NCBI GenBank assembly: GCA_035627595.1 | Contig: DASPLK010000002.1 | Location: 85,864 to 149,863, forward strand | Direction of reading: 5' to 3' | Origin: Minisyncoccota bacterium | Lineage (GTDB): Bacteria; Patescibacteriota; Minisyncoccia; Phycocordibacterales; Phycocordibacteraceae | Length of the DNA stretch: 64,000 nucleotides | Shown here: positions 1-9,393 of the stretch, one piece after another | How the letters are laid out: each line of letters opens with the position of its first letter | Position numbering within the stretch: the first letter of the stretch is position 1 | The notes under the pieces: generated by a model | The model's database searches: none | What the model was told of the DNA's origin: nothing | The model's input: the letters and a program-made list of their open reading frames with translations, nothing else | Made by a program: the position numbers and the translations under genes

Positions 1-701
1 TCGCGCTCCTTACGAATGATGCGCGTACTGAGGAACATCTCGCATCGTTGACCGACAATGAGCTTCTGCGCCAGGGCGCGCAAATGAAGGCTGATGATAT
101 GGCAGAGAAAGGATACTTCTCCCACACCGGTCCCGACGGTTCGCAGCCATGGAAGTGGTTTTCCCTTGCAGGATACCGCTACCAATTCGCTGGAGAGAAC
201 CTTGCGGTCAATTTCACAGAGTCCGAAGATGTGGTTGCAGCGTGGCTCAAGTCGCCATCACACCGCGCAAATATTCTTAAGAAAGATTTTACCGAGATAG
301 GCATTGGTATTGCGACTGGAACCTATAAAGGCAAAGAGGCAGTTTTTGTAGTGCAGTTCTTCGGCAAGCCCGCTCCCCAGGGACTAGCGCAGGTTGGTGG
401 CGCTGACGGCTCGAGAGTCGCTGCTGATGCGTTCCTGCATTCAGAACAGGTGCTCGGTACCAGTACGTCACTCGTCGGGCAATTCCTGACGTCCCCAGAC
501 TCCCCGCAGAAGCAGGCGTTCTACGTACTTCTCGGCGTTTTTCTCATACTGTTGGTCGTAGGGTTTGTATTTGGAAAGAGGTTCCCAAAGCTTTGGCCAA
601 CCATTGCCATTTTGCTCGCGCTCGCGATTCTGCTTGGTTTTGCGCTTTACCACAAGGAGCATCTTTTAGGGCAGCCGTACATAGAAAGTCAGGCTTCGTA
701 G
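1..701 (+). CDS. CAP/SCP (cysteine-rich secretory protein family) domain protein, 5' end cut by window edge; C-terminal TM helix
   Basis: Frame is open back to nt 1 (annotated TTG at 48 is probably internal). The GYFSHTGPDG...SPSHRANIL...IGIGIA motifs align with the paralog at 39357-40277. Confidence 0.6.
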   Translation, partial: ALLTNDARTEEHLASLTDNELLRQGAQMKADDMAEKGYFSHTGPDGSQPWKWFSLAGYRYQFAGENLAVNFTESEDVVAAWLKSPSHRANILKKDFTEIGIGIATGTYKGKEAVFVVQFFGKPAPQGLAQVGGADGSRVAADAFLHSEQVLGTSTSLVGQFLTSPDSPQKQAFYVLLGVFLILLVVGFVFGKRFPKLWPTIAILLALAILLGFALYHKEHLLGQPYIESQAS

Positions 702-743
702 GCTTCACGTAGGCTACAGGCTCATGAGCGTATTGATGCGCTT

Positions 744-1118
744 ATGAGAAACCATTCAGTCTGGAAGAAATACGGGTATGCCTGGGCGACGTTATTCCTA
801 TTTGCATTCTCGCTCGCAGGGCATTGGATGTTTGGCTGGTATGCGTACGTAGAAGAACAGAGAGAGCATGGAGAGCCTCCCGTTGTCGCAAGCTATACGA
901 TCGAAATGATGCGCGACACGCTAGAGAACTGGCAGTCGGAGTTCCTGCAACTCATTTGGCAGGTCGCCGGTCTCGCGTATCTGTTTTACCTAGGTTCACC
1001 CCAGTCCAAGGAGGGTGACGACCGAAAGGAGGAGAAGTTGGATGAGATTCTTCGCGCTGTTGCCAAGGATGGCGATGAAAAGATAAAGAAGCTCGACAAG
1101 AAGTACGGCAAGGCCTAA
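744..1118 (+). CDS. hypothetical small membrane protein (1 TM, Lys/Glu-rich tail)
   Basis: 124-aa ORF with a hydrophobic N-terminal segment; no recognisable family. Confidence 0.35.
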   Translation: MRNHSVWKKYGYAWATLFLFAFSLAGHWMFGWYAYVEEQREHGEPPVVASYTIEMMRDTLENWQSEFLQLIWQVAGLAYLFYLGSPQSKEGDDRKEEKLDEILRAVAKDGDEKIKKLDKKYGKA

Positions 1119-1387
1119 GCACCCTCGCGCCACTCAGGCTTTTCACCGGTCCTCACGCAAATGTACATAAGGCTTCCGATCAATACGGAAACCCACAGGG
1201 CATGCGTAAGAACAGGGAAGAGGATGTCGAGAAAAGGCTCGCCAGTATGCTCGACTACGTAGTTGGTGAAGCGGCCGATGGACCATGCGAGCGCGGCGGC
1301 GTATACAAGAGTCACAACCCAGCCCTCCCAGGAGGAAGGGGTCCAGCCCCAGCCATACCGTTTAGTCCTAAACCACCGCTTCTTCAT
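1115..1387 (-). CDS. hypothetical small membrane protein (start uncertain; ORF extends to 1456)
   Basis: The MKKRWF... start at 1387 leaves about 70 nt to the divergent frr start. Two predicted TM helices. Confidence 0.3.
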   Translation of the reverse strand: MKKRWFRTKRYGWGWTPSSWEGWVVTLVYAAALAWSIGRFTNYVVEHTGEPFLDILFPVLTHALWVSVLIGSLMYICVRTGEKPEWREGA

Positions 1388-1456
1388 AGCTTCATGATAG
1401 CAAAGCATACTAGGTATGAATGGCGCATTATGAAGAGCATTTGTTACACTAGGCAC

Positions 1457-2011
1457 ATGGCATACGACTTTCAGAAACTCAAAGACGGCATCAAAGAGAA
1501 CGAAGAGTGGCTCACGCGTGAGCTTTCCGGCGTCAGAACCGGACGGGCTACTCCGACGCTACTTGATAACGTAAAGCCGGATATATACGGCGCACGCACT
1601 CCTATTACCAATGTCGCCTCGGTTACCATCGAGGACGCGCGCACTTTGCGCATCGTTCCGTGGGACAAGTCGGTCGTAAAGTCGATCGAAAAGGGTATTA
1701 CGGAAGCAGATCTTGGCATCTCGGTCGCTGTAGATGATATGGGCCTTCGCGTCATCTTTCCGGAGTTAACCGCCGAGCGCAGGCAGCAGCTCGCAAAACT
1801 TGCCGGAGAAAAGACAGAGCACGCTAAAGTTACTCTCCGTGGATTGAGGAACGAGGCCATCAAGGATCTCGAAGCGGCGGAGAAAGAGGGCGGCATGAGC
1901 AAGGACGAGCTGTTCCGTCTGAAGGAGGATCTTCAGAAGATGATCGACGCTGCGAACATGCAGCTCGAGGCTATCACCAAGAAGAAGCAGGACGAGATCA
2001 CCACCCTCTAG
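1457..2011 (+). CDS. frr: ribosome recycling factor
   Basis: 185 aa from ATG 1457; MAYDFQKLKDG...LTAERRQQLAKLA... is a typical RRF sequence. Confidence 0.9.
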   Translation: MAYDFQKLKDGIKENEEWLTRELSGVRTGRATPTLLDNVKPDIYGARTPITNVASVTIEDARTLRIVPWDKSVVKSIEKGITEADLGISVAVDDMGLRVIFPELTAERRQQLAKLAGEKTEHAKVTLRGLRNEAIKDLEAAEKEGGMSKDELFRLKEDLQKMIDAANMQLEAITKKKQDEITTL

Positions 2012-2014
2012 TAC

Positions 2015-3121
2015 ATGGTATCCGCCATCATAATTTTCATTATCGTACTCGTTGCGCTCATCGTAGTGCATGAGTTCGGTCACTTCGTCGCCGCAAAGCT
2101 CTCGGGCATGCGTGTTGATGAGTTCGGTATCGGATACCCGCCCAAGGCAGCAGGCCGGAAGTGGCACGGGACCGAGTACACCCTTAACTGGCTTCCGTTT
2201 GGTGGCTTTGTCCGCATATACGGCGAGGACCAGCAGGCGGTCGATGAAGACCCTCAGGACGCAGAGCGTGCGTTCTTCAAGAAACCCCGCATCCTTCAGG
2301 CACTGGTGCTTGGGGCAGGCATCCTCATGAATCTCTTGTTCGCATGGCTCCTCCTTTCTCTAACCCTCGGCCTTGGCGCTACGCGAGCGCTTGAAGAGAG
2401 CGAGATTGGAAACGCCAATGACCCGTATGTTCTCGTCTCGAGTGTGATGCCCGGGTCTCCGGCTGAGGAAGCAGGCTTTATGCCGGGTGACCGCATCGTG
2501 CGCGCTACTGCCGGCGCTGATCTATTCCTAAGCGCGAGTGCAGATGAATTCACCTCATTTGTTTCAGGAGAGACCGATCCAATAACGTTTGTCGTCGAGA
2601 ACCAGGATGCGGAACGCACGCTTACGGCAACGCCACGCGCAGGGCTCTCGCCCGAGGATCCTGAGCGCAAAGTACTCGGTGTCGGTGTAGCTTCGGTCGG
2701 AATTGTAAAGACGCCGTGGCACGTGGCGCCTGTCGAAGGCCTCACGCTCACCTGGGAGCTTACGAAAGCAACCGCAGTCGGCCTCGTTCAGTTCTTCGGT
2801 AGTATCTTCACGCTCTCCGCCGATCTGTCGCAAGTTTCAGGACCGGTTGGCATAGCAGGGGCGGTGGGGGATGCTGCGGGAACGGGACTATCCGAGCTCC
2901 TGACGCTTACAGCGATTATCTCAATAAATCTTGCGCTCATTAACCTGCTGCCGATACCGGCTCTGGACGGCGGACGACTTCTTTTTGTCGCCATTGAGGC
3001 GGTCATTAGGCGCCCCTTACCACGGAAGTTCCAGGCTTGGGTGAATGCTGCCGGATTCGCGTTCCTCATCTTGCTCATGATCGTCGTGACCGCAAGCGAT
3101 CTGTTCAAGATCGCAGGCTAG
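2015..3121 (+). CDS. rseP: RseP-like site-2 protease (M50 zinc metalloprotease with PDZ domain)
   Basis: HEFGHF zinc motif, an internal PDZ-like segment, and a C-terminal LLPIPALDGG motif; 4 nt after frr. Confidence 0.85.
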   Translation: MVSAIIIFIIVLVALIVVHEFGHFVAAKLSGMRVDEFGIGYPPKAAGRKWHGTEYTLNWLPFGGFVRIYGEDQQAVDEDPQDAERAFFKKPRILQALVLGAGILMNLLFAWLLLSLTLGLGATRALEESEIGNANDPYVLVSSVMPGSPAEEAGFMPGDRIVRATAGADLFLSASADEFTSFVSGETDPITFVVENQDAERTLTATPRAGLSPEDPERKVLGVGVASVGIVKTPWHVAPVEGLTLTWELTKATAVGLVQFFGSIFTLSADLSQVSGPVGIAGAVGDAAGTGLSELLTLTAIISINLALINLLPIPALDGGRLLFVAIEAVIRRPLPRKFQAWVNAAGFAFLILLMIVVTASDLFKIAG

Positions 3122-3129
3122 AAAACGAA

Positions 3130-3157
3130 GACGCCGTGTCCCGAAGGACACGGCGTC
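3130..3157. terminator. bidirectional hairpin between convergent rseP and gmk
   Basis: GACGCCGTGTCC-cgaa-GGACACGGCGTC perfect 12-bp stem. Confidence 0.55.
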
Positions 3158-3162
3158 GGCCG

Positions 3163-3750
3163 TTACAGGCCGCAAAGTTTGTCGTTGACCGCAGCGACTA
3201 CTTGCGGGAGGTCTTCAAGCGTCTTGCCGCCCGGGATGAAATGGAATGCCTCGGAAGAGGCTCCAATTTCTTCCGGCCAGGTACGCTCGAGCGACATCCG
3301 CTCATCAATGCCTACAGCTGATTCTCCGCGGCGAAGGAGCCGCTCGCGCAGCACCGCTTCGCCTGGGGACTCGAGATAGATCGAGACCACGGGCACCGTA
3401 AGGCCGTACTGTCCGCGGATGAACTCAGCAAGCTCGTGCACTTTGCTCGGCACCAAGATCATGATGCCGATGCCGCGCGGTTTGTCGCAGACATCGAACA
3501 CAGCGTTGCGGTCGGTGCCGTAGCTGACGTCGCCACGACTGACATGCCAGAGGAAGAACTGGGCGCGCACGAAGCGCTCAAAGTCTTCTTTGCTCACATA
3601 CTCGTACTCGCCCGGCAGGTCGCTCTCGCGCCTGCAGCGCGTCGTGACGCTCTGTATCATTCGAACGTCGGATCGTTGTCGCAAGAGTTCTCCTGCGAGG
3701 GTGGTCTTGCCGGAACCGGACATTCCGGTCAGCGTCAGTATGGCGGACAT
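3163..3750 (-). CDS. gmk: guanylate kinase
   Basis: P-loop GMSGSGKTT, and TTRxxR...YEYVSKEDF...VSYGT matches the guanylate kinase pattern. Start taken at M15 of the ORF. Confidence 0.7.
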   Translation of the reverse strand: MSAILTLTGMSGSGKTTLAGELLRQRSDVRMIQSVTTRCRRESDLPGEYEYVSKEDFERFVRAQFFLWHVSRGDVSYGTDRNAVFDVCDKPRGIGIMILVPSKVHELAEFIRGQYGLTVPVVSIYLESPGEAVLRERLLRRGESAVGIDERMSLERTWPEEIGASSEAFHFIPGGKTLEDLPQVVAAVNDKLCGL

Positions 3751-3857
3751 GGGAAACGCTCCAGTTGTTGCTCCGGTATCATTTAAGTACATCCAGAAGG
3801 AGTGTCAAATACTGGTGTTTTGCTCCTATAGGAACAACCTCGTATACTAGGGAATAC

Positions 3858-5102
3858 ATGCGCCAGTCAGCACTCTTCACCCGCACCCGCCGCGACGCGC
3901 CGTCTGATGAGACCGCGAAGAACGCGCAGCTCCTTATCCGCGCAGGATATGTGCATAAGGAAATGGCTGGTGTCTACTCCTATCTTCCCCTTGGCACACG
4001 CGTGCTGCAGAACATTGAGAATATTGTGCGCTCGGCGATGAACTTTGTTGATGGTCAAGAAATCCGTATGGCGACGCTGCATCCGTCTGAGCCGTGGAAA
4101 CAGACTGGGGGGTGGGACAACATTGACGTCTTGTTCAAGATCAATAGCCGAACCGAGCGGGAGTACGCACTCGGTCAGAGCGAGGAAGAGATTGTCACGC
4201 CAATCGGAAAAGAATATGCGGTCTCCTACAAGGACCTGCCGATGTCTGTCTATCAGATAGGACAGAAATATCGTGATGAGCTCCGCGCCAAGTCCGGCAT
4301 TATGCGCGGACGCGAGTTCACAATGAAGGACATGTATTCCTTTCACGCCACTCAGGAGGATTTCGATACGTACTACGAGCGCGTAAAGGAGATATATCTT
4401 CAGATCTTCTCCCTTTGCGGACTTACTGCGCGCGTGACAGAAGCGTCAGGCGGAAGCTTCACGGAGAAGCTTTCCTACGAATTCATGGTCCTTACCGATG
4501 CGGGTGAGGACGATATCCTGTACTGCACCGAGTGCACGCACTGCGTTAACGTTGAAGTTGCCAAGGACAAAGAGGGTGATACCTGTATGAAGTGCGAGAA
4601 GGGAACAATGCAGGCGGCCAAGGCGGCTGAGGTCGCTAACGTATTTGATCTCGGACAGAAGTACGCCAAGGACTTCGACTTCACTTTCAAGGATGCAGAG
4701 GGCAATGACCAGTATCCAATCATGGGTTGCTACGGCATTGGCATTACGCGCCTTATGGGCGTCATCGCAGAGGCGCTTTCGGACGACAAGGGTCTTGTCT
4801 GGCCGCACACGGTCGCTCCTTTTAAGTTCCATCTCGTATCGCTTGCGGGCGGTAATAAGGAGGTCGAGGAATACGCTGAAAAGTTGTACGAGGACATATC
4901 AAAACTTGGCGTACCGGTACTCTATGACGATCGTGAGCTTCATGCAGGCGAGAAGTTTGCAGACGCAGACCTCATCGGCATCCCAGTAAAAATAATCGTT
5001 GGAAAGAAGACGCTCGAGAGCGGACAGCTTGAGATCGTTGCGCGTGGAAGCGGCAAGGTCGATATGGTATCCCGCGAGCAGTTCTTCGGAACTGAAGCAT
5101 AG
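3858..5102 (+). CDS. proS: prolyl-tRNA synthetase (short form, no editing insertion)
   Basis: LLIRAGYV...LPLGTRVLQNIENIVR N-terminal ProRS signature; class II motifs; a Cys-rich insert (CTECTHC...CMKC). Confidence 0.85.
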   Translation: MRQSALFTRTRRDAPSDETAKNAQLLIRAGYVHKEMAGVYSYLPLGTRVLQNIENIVRSAMNFVDGQEIRMATLHPSEPWKQTGGWDNIDVLFKINSRTEREYALGQSEEEIVTPIGKEYAVSYKDLPMSVYQIGQKYRDELRAKSGIMRGREFTMKDMYSFHATQEDFDTYYERVKEIYLQIFSLCGLTARVTEASGGSFTEKLSYEFMVLTDAGEDDILYCTECTHCVNVEVAKDKEGDTCMKCEKGTMQAAKAAEVANVFDLGQKYAKDFDFTFKDAEGNDQYPIMGCYGIGITRLMGVIAEALSDDKGLVWPHTVAPFKFHLVSLAGGNKEVEEYAEKLYEDISKLGVPVLYDDRELHAGEKFADADLIGIPVKIIVGKKTLESGQLEIVARGSGKVDMVSREQFFGTEA

Positions 5103-5104
5103 GT

Positions 5105-6160
5105 ATGGTAAAGAAAGTACGCGGCAACTCTCTCTTCTCAAGCGATATCGGTATCGATCTCGGTACCGCAAACACGCTCGTGTACGTGCGTGGCAAAGGT
5201 ATTGTAATGAATGAGCCGTCGGTTGTGGCAGTTAACGATAAGACTGGTCAGGTGGTTGCGGTTGGAAAGGAAGCGAAGGTCATGCTCGGCAAGACTCCGC
5301 CGCATATCCGCGCGGTGCGCCCCCTTAGCCATGGCGTCATCTCCGACTTCGAGGTGACCCAGGAGCTTCTTGGTTATCTCATCACTAAGGCCTCAGGCGG
5401 CCGCGCGCGCCTATTTGGCCCGCGTGTTGTTGTTGGCGTTCCGACCGGCGTCACGAACGTTGAGAGTAGGGCAGTGAGGGACGCGGCGATGACTGCAGGT
5501 GCACGTGAGGTCTATATCATCGAGGAGCCGACCGCAGGGGCGATTGGCGCAAAGCTGCCTATCACAGCGGCGCAGGGCACGATGGTGCTCGATATCGGCG
5601 GCGGTACGACCGATATCGCGGTGCTCGCGCTCGGCGGTACGGTTGCCTCTAAGAGCTCGCAGGTAGCGGGCGACCGGTTCAATGAGAACATCATCGATTA
5701 CGTGCGTAGTGAGTTTCAGCTTGCGATCGGCGAGCGCACCGCCGAAGATGTAAAAATAGACATCGGTGCGGTACTTCCGCTGGATGAGCCTATGGAGAAG
5801 GCGATACGCGGTAGGGATCTCGCTACGGGTTTGCCGCGCGAGATTATCCTTACCGATACCCATGTGCGGGAGGCTCTCGCCGCATCCCTGGACTCATTGA
5901 TGGAGGCAATGAAAGAGGTTATCGAGAAAACGCCGCCCGAGCTTCTTTCAGATGTGCTCGAGCATGGCGTGACGGTATTCGGAGGCGGCGCACAGCTGCG
6001 GGGTCTTCCAGAACTTCTGGCCAAGATGCTTGGGGTCCCGGTCCATGTCGCCTCCGATCCTTTGACGGCGGTTGTGCGCGGTACGGGCATTGTGACCGAG
6101 GACCCGCGTGCTTGGGGCGAAATATTCATGCATGAAGAGGCAATTCTCACGAAGCGGTAG
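5105..6160 (+). CDS. mreB: rod shape-determining protein MreB
   Basis: DLGTANTLVY...GGGTTDIAVL actin-like ATPase motifs. Confidence 0.9.
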   Translation: MVKKVRGNSLFSSDIGIDLGTANTLVYVRGKGIVMNEPSVVAVNDKTGQVVAVGKEAKVMLGKTPPHIRAVRPLSHGVISDFEVTQELLGYLITKASGGRARLFGPRVVVGVPTGVTNVESRAVRDAAMTAGAREVYIIEEPTAGAIGAKLPITAAQGTMVLDIGGGTTDIAVLALGGTVASKSSQVAGDRFNENIIDYVRSEFQLAIGERTAEDVKIDIGAVLPLDEPMEKAIRGRDLATGLPREIILTDTHVREALAASLDSLMEAMKEVIEKTPPELLSDVLEHGVTVFGGGAQLRGLPELLAKMLGVPVHVASDPLTAVVRGTGIVTEDPRAWGEIFMHEEAILTKR

Positions 6161-6890
6161 CAGAGGACTTTTGTCCGGAGGACGCATACCGGCGCTCGTC
6201 GTCGCGGTAGTGCTCGTTGTACTTCTTATCCTTGGGCTCGTATTTCCGGCAGCACTCGTTTCCTTTGCGCGTCCGTTGTGGTCTGCGGGCACGGGGATCA
6301 CTGCCGCGGTCGGTAATGTCATGCCCGAGAATCCGACAGCTCTCAAAGAGGAGCGCGACCGTCTCGAGGCGGAACTTACAGCGCGTTCGAACGAGCTCTA
6401 TGCACTACAGGCGCAGACTGATGATTTAGCGCGCCTTGGCGATACGGAGGACCGCATCATTGCAGGCGTGCTCGCGCGCCCACCCATGTCTCCGTACGAC
6501 ACACTTATCGTAGAGCCTGAAGCCCCTGTGCGTGAGGGAGCGCAGACCTACGGAATTGGGGGAGCACCCATCGGTACTGTTTCGCGTGCTGACGTGGGTA
6601 GTGCTCACATATCGTTCTATTCGACAGCGGGGCGCTCGACCTTAGGCTGGGCGGGAGAGGCGCGCATACCGGTCGAACTAATTGGAGTTGGCAGCGGCGC
6701 GTTTCGAGTAATGGTCACTAAGGACGCGGGCATCGTAGTGGGTGATCTCGTGTACGTGCCAGGGCCGGGCGCGCTCCCGATCGGCAGCGTCGCACGTATC
6801 GACACAAATCCATCGTCCCCTTCATCGACCCTTTTCATACGTCCGCTCGTAAGTCCCTTCTCGCTCACGTGGGTTTCCATTGAGCGCTAG
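6132..6890 (+). CDS. mreC: rod shape-determining protein MreC
   Basis: N-terminal TM, coiled coil (ERDRLEAELTARSNELYALQ), then a beta-rich domain; sits between mreB and mreD. Start uncertain (overlaps the mreB 3' end). Confidence 0.6.
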   Translation: MKRQFSRSGSRGLLSGGRIPALVVAVVLVVLLILGLVFPAALVSFARPLWSAGTGITAAVGNVMPENPTALKEERDRLEAELTARSNELYALQAQTDDLARLGDTEDRIIAGVLARPPMSPYDTLIVEPEAPVREGAQTYGIGGAPIGTVSRADVGSAHISFYSTAGRSTLGWAGEARIPVELIGVGSGAFRVMVTKDAGIVVGDLVYVPGPGALPIGSVARIDTNPSSPSSTLFIRPLVSPFSLTWVSIER

Positions 6891-6898
6891 CAAGCAGC

Positions 6899-7144
6899 AT
6901 GGTACGCGCGATACTCATCATCCTCGCCATGGTAGCGCCCTTCACCATGCCTTGGGCGTATGCGGTACTGCTAGGTCTCATAGCGTCCTATTTCTTTCCG
7001 CCTACAGCATTAGTCATGGGTACTCTGTTTGAGGTTCTCTACGGACAGGGTACGGTACCGTACGCGTTCTTTATAGGAGCTGTTATCTTCACGCTCATGC
7101 TCGGCGTGCGCCGTTTTGTGAAGACGCGTATCATGGACGCATGA
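6899..7144 (+). CDS. mreD: MreD-like small polytopic membrane protein
   Basis: 81 aa, all hydrophobic, in the canonical mreC-mreD-pbp2 position. Confidence 0.45.
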   Translation: MVRAILIILAMVAPFTMPWAYAVLLGLIASYFFPPTALVMGTLFEVLYGQGTVPYAFFIGAVIFTLMLGVRRFVKTRIMDA

Positions 7145-8820
7145 GATGGGGTAAGCGCAGGAAGCGTGCGCTGGAGCTCGCGCCGGACGAGATATTCCTC
7201 GATTCCTATAACATTCCCGACTTCGATCAGGGACGCCTTGAGGGACGCCTCGAGAAGCCGCTGCCAGAACGCGTATACCTTGGCCTTTTAGGTGCAGTCG
7301 CGCTTATATTCGTCGCTTTGGTCACGCAGGCGGCAAACCTCGGCATCATACAGGGTGAGAAATATGCTGCGCAGAGCGAGCGCAACCGTCTGCGGCCAGA
7401 AGTCCTCTTTGCAGAGCGCGGCGCAATAGTCGACAGAAACGGGGTACCGCTTGTTGAGAATGAGCCAGGAGCGGACGGATACCCGGATCGCAACTATCGC
7501 GCTCCAGGTTTCTCGCTTCTCCTAGGCTACGTCTCATACCCGAAGAAGGATAAGTCGGGCTTCTACTACGATACTGAAATCAAGGGACTTGCAGGTGCTG
7601 AGCTTCAGTTTGAGGAGCGACTGAAGGGACAGAACGGAACGCTTCTAGTCGAGGAGAATGCGCTCGGTCAGATACAGTCGCAGGGAAGCGTTCGCCAGCC
7701 AGTGCCGGGAGAGACGGTATCACTAGCAATAGATTATCGAGCGCAGGAAGCGCTTTATGATGCGGTGAAAGAGGTTGCCGACATGATCCCGTACCAGGGC
7801 GGCGCAGCGGTCCTTATGGACGTCACGACCGGAGAGGTACACGCCCTGGTGTCATATCCAGAATATGACTCGAATGTACTTTCCAAGGGTCAGCCGGCCG
7901 ATCTTATCGAGGGATACCTGTCTGACTTCCGTCAGCCGTACCTGAATCGACCAGTCGCAGGTCTATATACCCCAGGATCCATCGTGAAGCCCGTGGTCGC
8001 TGCAGGGGCGCATCACGATGGTGTCATAGCTGCCGCAACGGCAATCGTCTCTACGGGATCTATTTCCATACCAAACCCATACAATCCGTCCAACCCGACC
8101 ATCTTCCGTGATTGGAAGGCACACGGTGCAACCGACATGCGTCAATCGATCGCGGTCTCCTCGGATGTGTATTTCTATACGATCGGTGGTGGCTTTAACG
8201 GACAGAAGGGGCTTGGCATAGAGCGGCTTGCATTCTGGTACCGTGCGTTTGGCTATACAGATCCGACGGGCATCGATCTCTCGGGTGAGAAGTCTGGCTT
8301 CGTACCAACTCCAGCGTGGAAAGAGGAGACTTATGATGAGCCGTGGCGCATCGGCAATACCTTCCACACCGCGATCGGGCAGTACGCGATGCAGGTGACG
8401 CCGCTAGAGGCGGTACGTGCGACCGCTGCAATCGCGAACGGCGGCAAGCTTGTCGTTCCCACGATAGAGAAGGGAAAACCGATACAAGGACATTCGATTG
8501 CCATTAATCCTGAAGCGCTCCGTGTTGTGCGTGAGGGTATGCGCCTCAGTGTCACCGAAGGAACAGCGCTCGGTCTCAATGATCTTTCATATATGAAGGC
8601 TGCTGGAAAGACGGGAACCGCGCAGCTCGGCGCTAACAATGAGTGGTACAACACATGGCTAGTAGGCTTCTTCCCGTACGACAATCCAAAGTACGCCTTT
8701 GCCGTGGTTATGGAGCGCGCCCCGGCAGGCACTGCCATTGGCGGCGTATACGTTGCGCACAAAGCATTCTCTAAGCTCCGCCAGACGGCCCCAGAGTACT
8801 TCGGATTATCCGCAGATTGA
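7141..8820 (+). CDS. mrdA: penicillin-binding protein 2 (peptidoglycan D,D-transpeptidase)
   Basis: SxxK (GSIVKP), SxN (SSD) and KTG (KTGTAQ) motifs; N-terminal TM. Confidence 0.85.
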   Translation: MRWGKRRKRALELAPDEIFLDSYNIPDFDQGRLEGRLEKPLPERVYLGLLGAVALIFVALVTQAANLGIIQGEKYAAQSERNRLRPEVLFAERGAIVDRNGVPLVENEPGADGYPDRNYRAPGFSLLLGYVSYPKKDKSGFYYDTEIKGLAGAELQFEERLKGQNGTLLVEENALGQIQSQGSVRQPVPGETVSLAIDYRAQEALYDAVKEVADMIPYQGGAAVLMDVTTGEVHALVSYPEYDSNVLSKGQPADLIEGYLSDFRQPYLNRPVAGLYTPGSIVKPVVAAGAHHDGVIAAATAIVSTGSISIPNPYNPSNPTIFRDWKAHGATDMRQSIAVSSDVYFYTIGGGFNGQKGLGIERLAFWYRAFGYTDPTGIDLSGEKSGFVPTPAWKEETYDEPWRIGNTFHTAIGQYAMQVTPLEAVRATAAIANGGKLVVPTIEKGKPIQGHSIAINPEALRVVREGMRLSVTEGTALGLNDLSYMKAAGKTGTAQLGANNEWYNTWLVGFFPYDNPKYAFAVVMERAPAGTAIGGVYVAHKAFSKLRQTAPEYFGLSAD

Positions 8821-8869
8821 CGCCCCACAAGGAGCACGTAGAATACGAGGAACTAGTAAGTTAATTCTC

Positions 8870-9343
8870 ATGATGACCGAGCAGGAAACAATGGTGAGCC
8901 AGGAGAAGTTCGACGAGATGGTGAAGGAACTCGAGAACTTAAAGACGGTTCGCCGCACCGAGATCGCTAAGAATCTCGAATACGCACGTTCGCTCGGCGA
9001 TCTCTCCGAGAACGCAGAGTACCAGGAAGCACGCGAACTTCAGGCAGCCACCGAAGAGCGTATCAGGAAGCTTGAGGAGCTCGTTAAGCGTGCCAAGATC
9101 GTAACCGATGGCAAGAAGAAGGACATCGTTGGCTTCGGTTCCAAAGTCACCATCAAGCGCGATGGAACATCTGAGCCGCATGAGTACACCATCGTTGGAA
9201 GCGAGGAGGCAGATATGCGTGAGCGCAAGCTCTCTCATGTGTCGCCACTTGGCGCAGCACTCATGGGCAAGAAGAAGGGGGAAGTGTTCACCTTCGAGAC
9301 CCCAGGCGGCAAGCAAACCTACGCCATCGAAAAGGTATCCTAG
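8870..9343 (+). CDS. greA: transcription elongation factor GreA
   Basis: LSENAEYQEARE...IVG...GKKKGE signature; start at the ATG pair 8870/8873. Confidence 0.85.
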   Translation: MMTEQETMVSQEKFDEMVKELENLKTVRRTEIAKNLEYARSLGDLSENAEYQEARELQAATEERIRKLEELVKRAKIVTDGKKKDIVGFGSKVTIKRDGTSEPHEYTIVGSEEADMRERKLSHVSPLGAALMGKKKGEVFTFETPGGKQTYAIEKVS

Positions 9344-9393
9344 CAAGAAGGCCGCAAACGCGGCCTTCTTCATTTCCATGCTAGTATGCCCTC

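Noticed and set aside
1202-2011. Annotated 269-aa ORF extending frr upstream to 1202
   Set aside because: RRF is about 185 aa; an in-frame ATG at 1457 gives the canonical MAYDFQKLKDG start. The upstream extension overlaps the divergent minus-strand ORF and looks non-coding.
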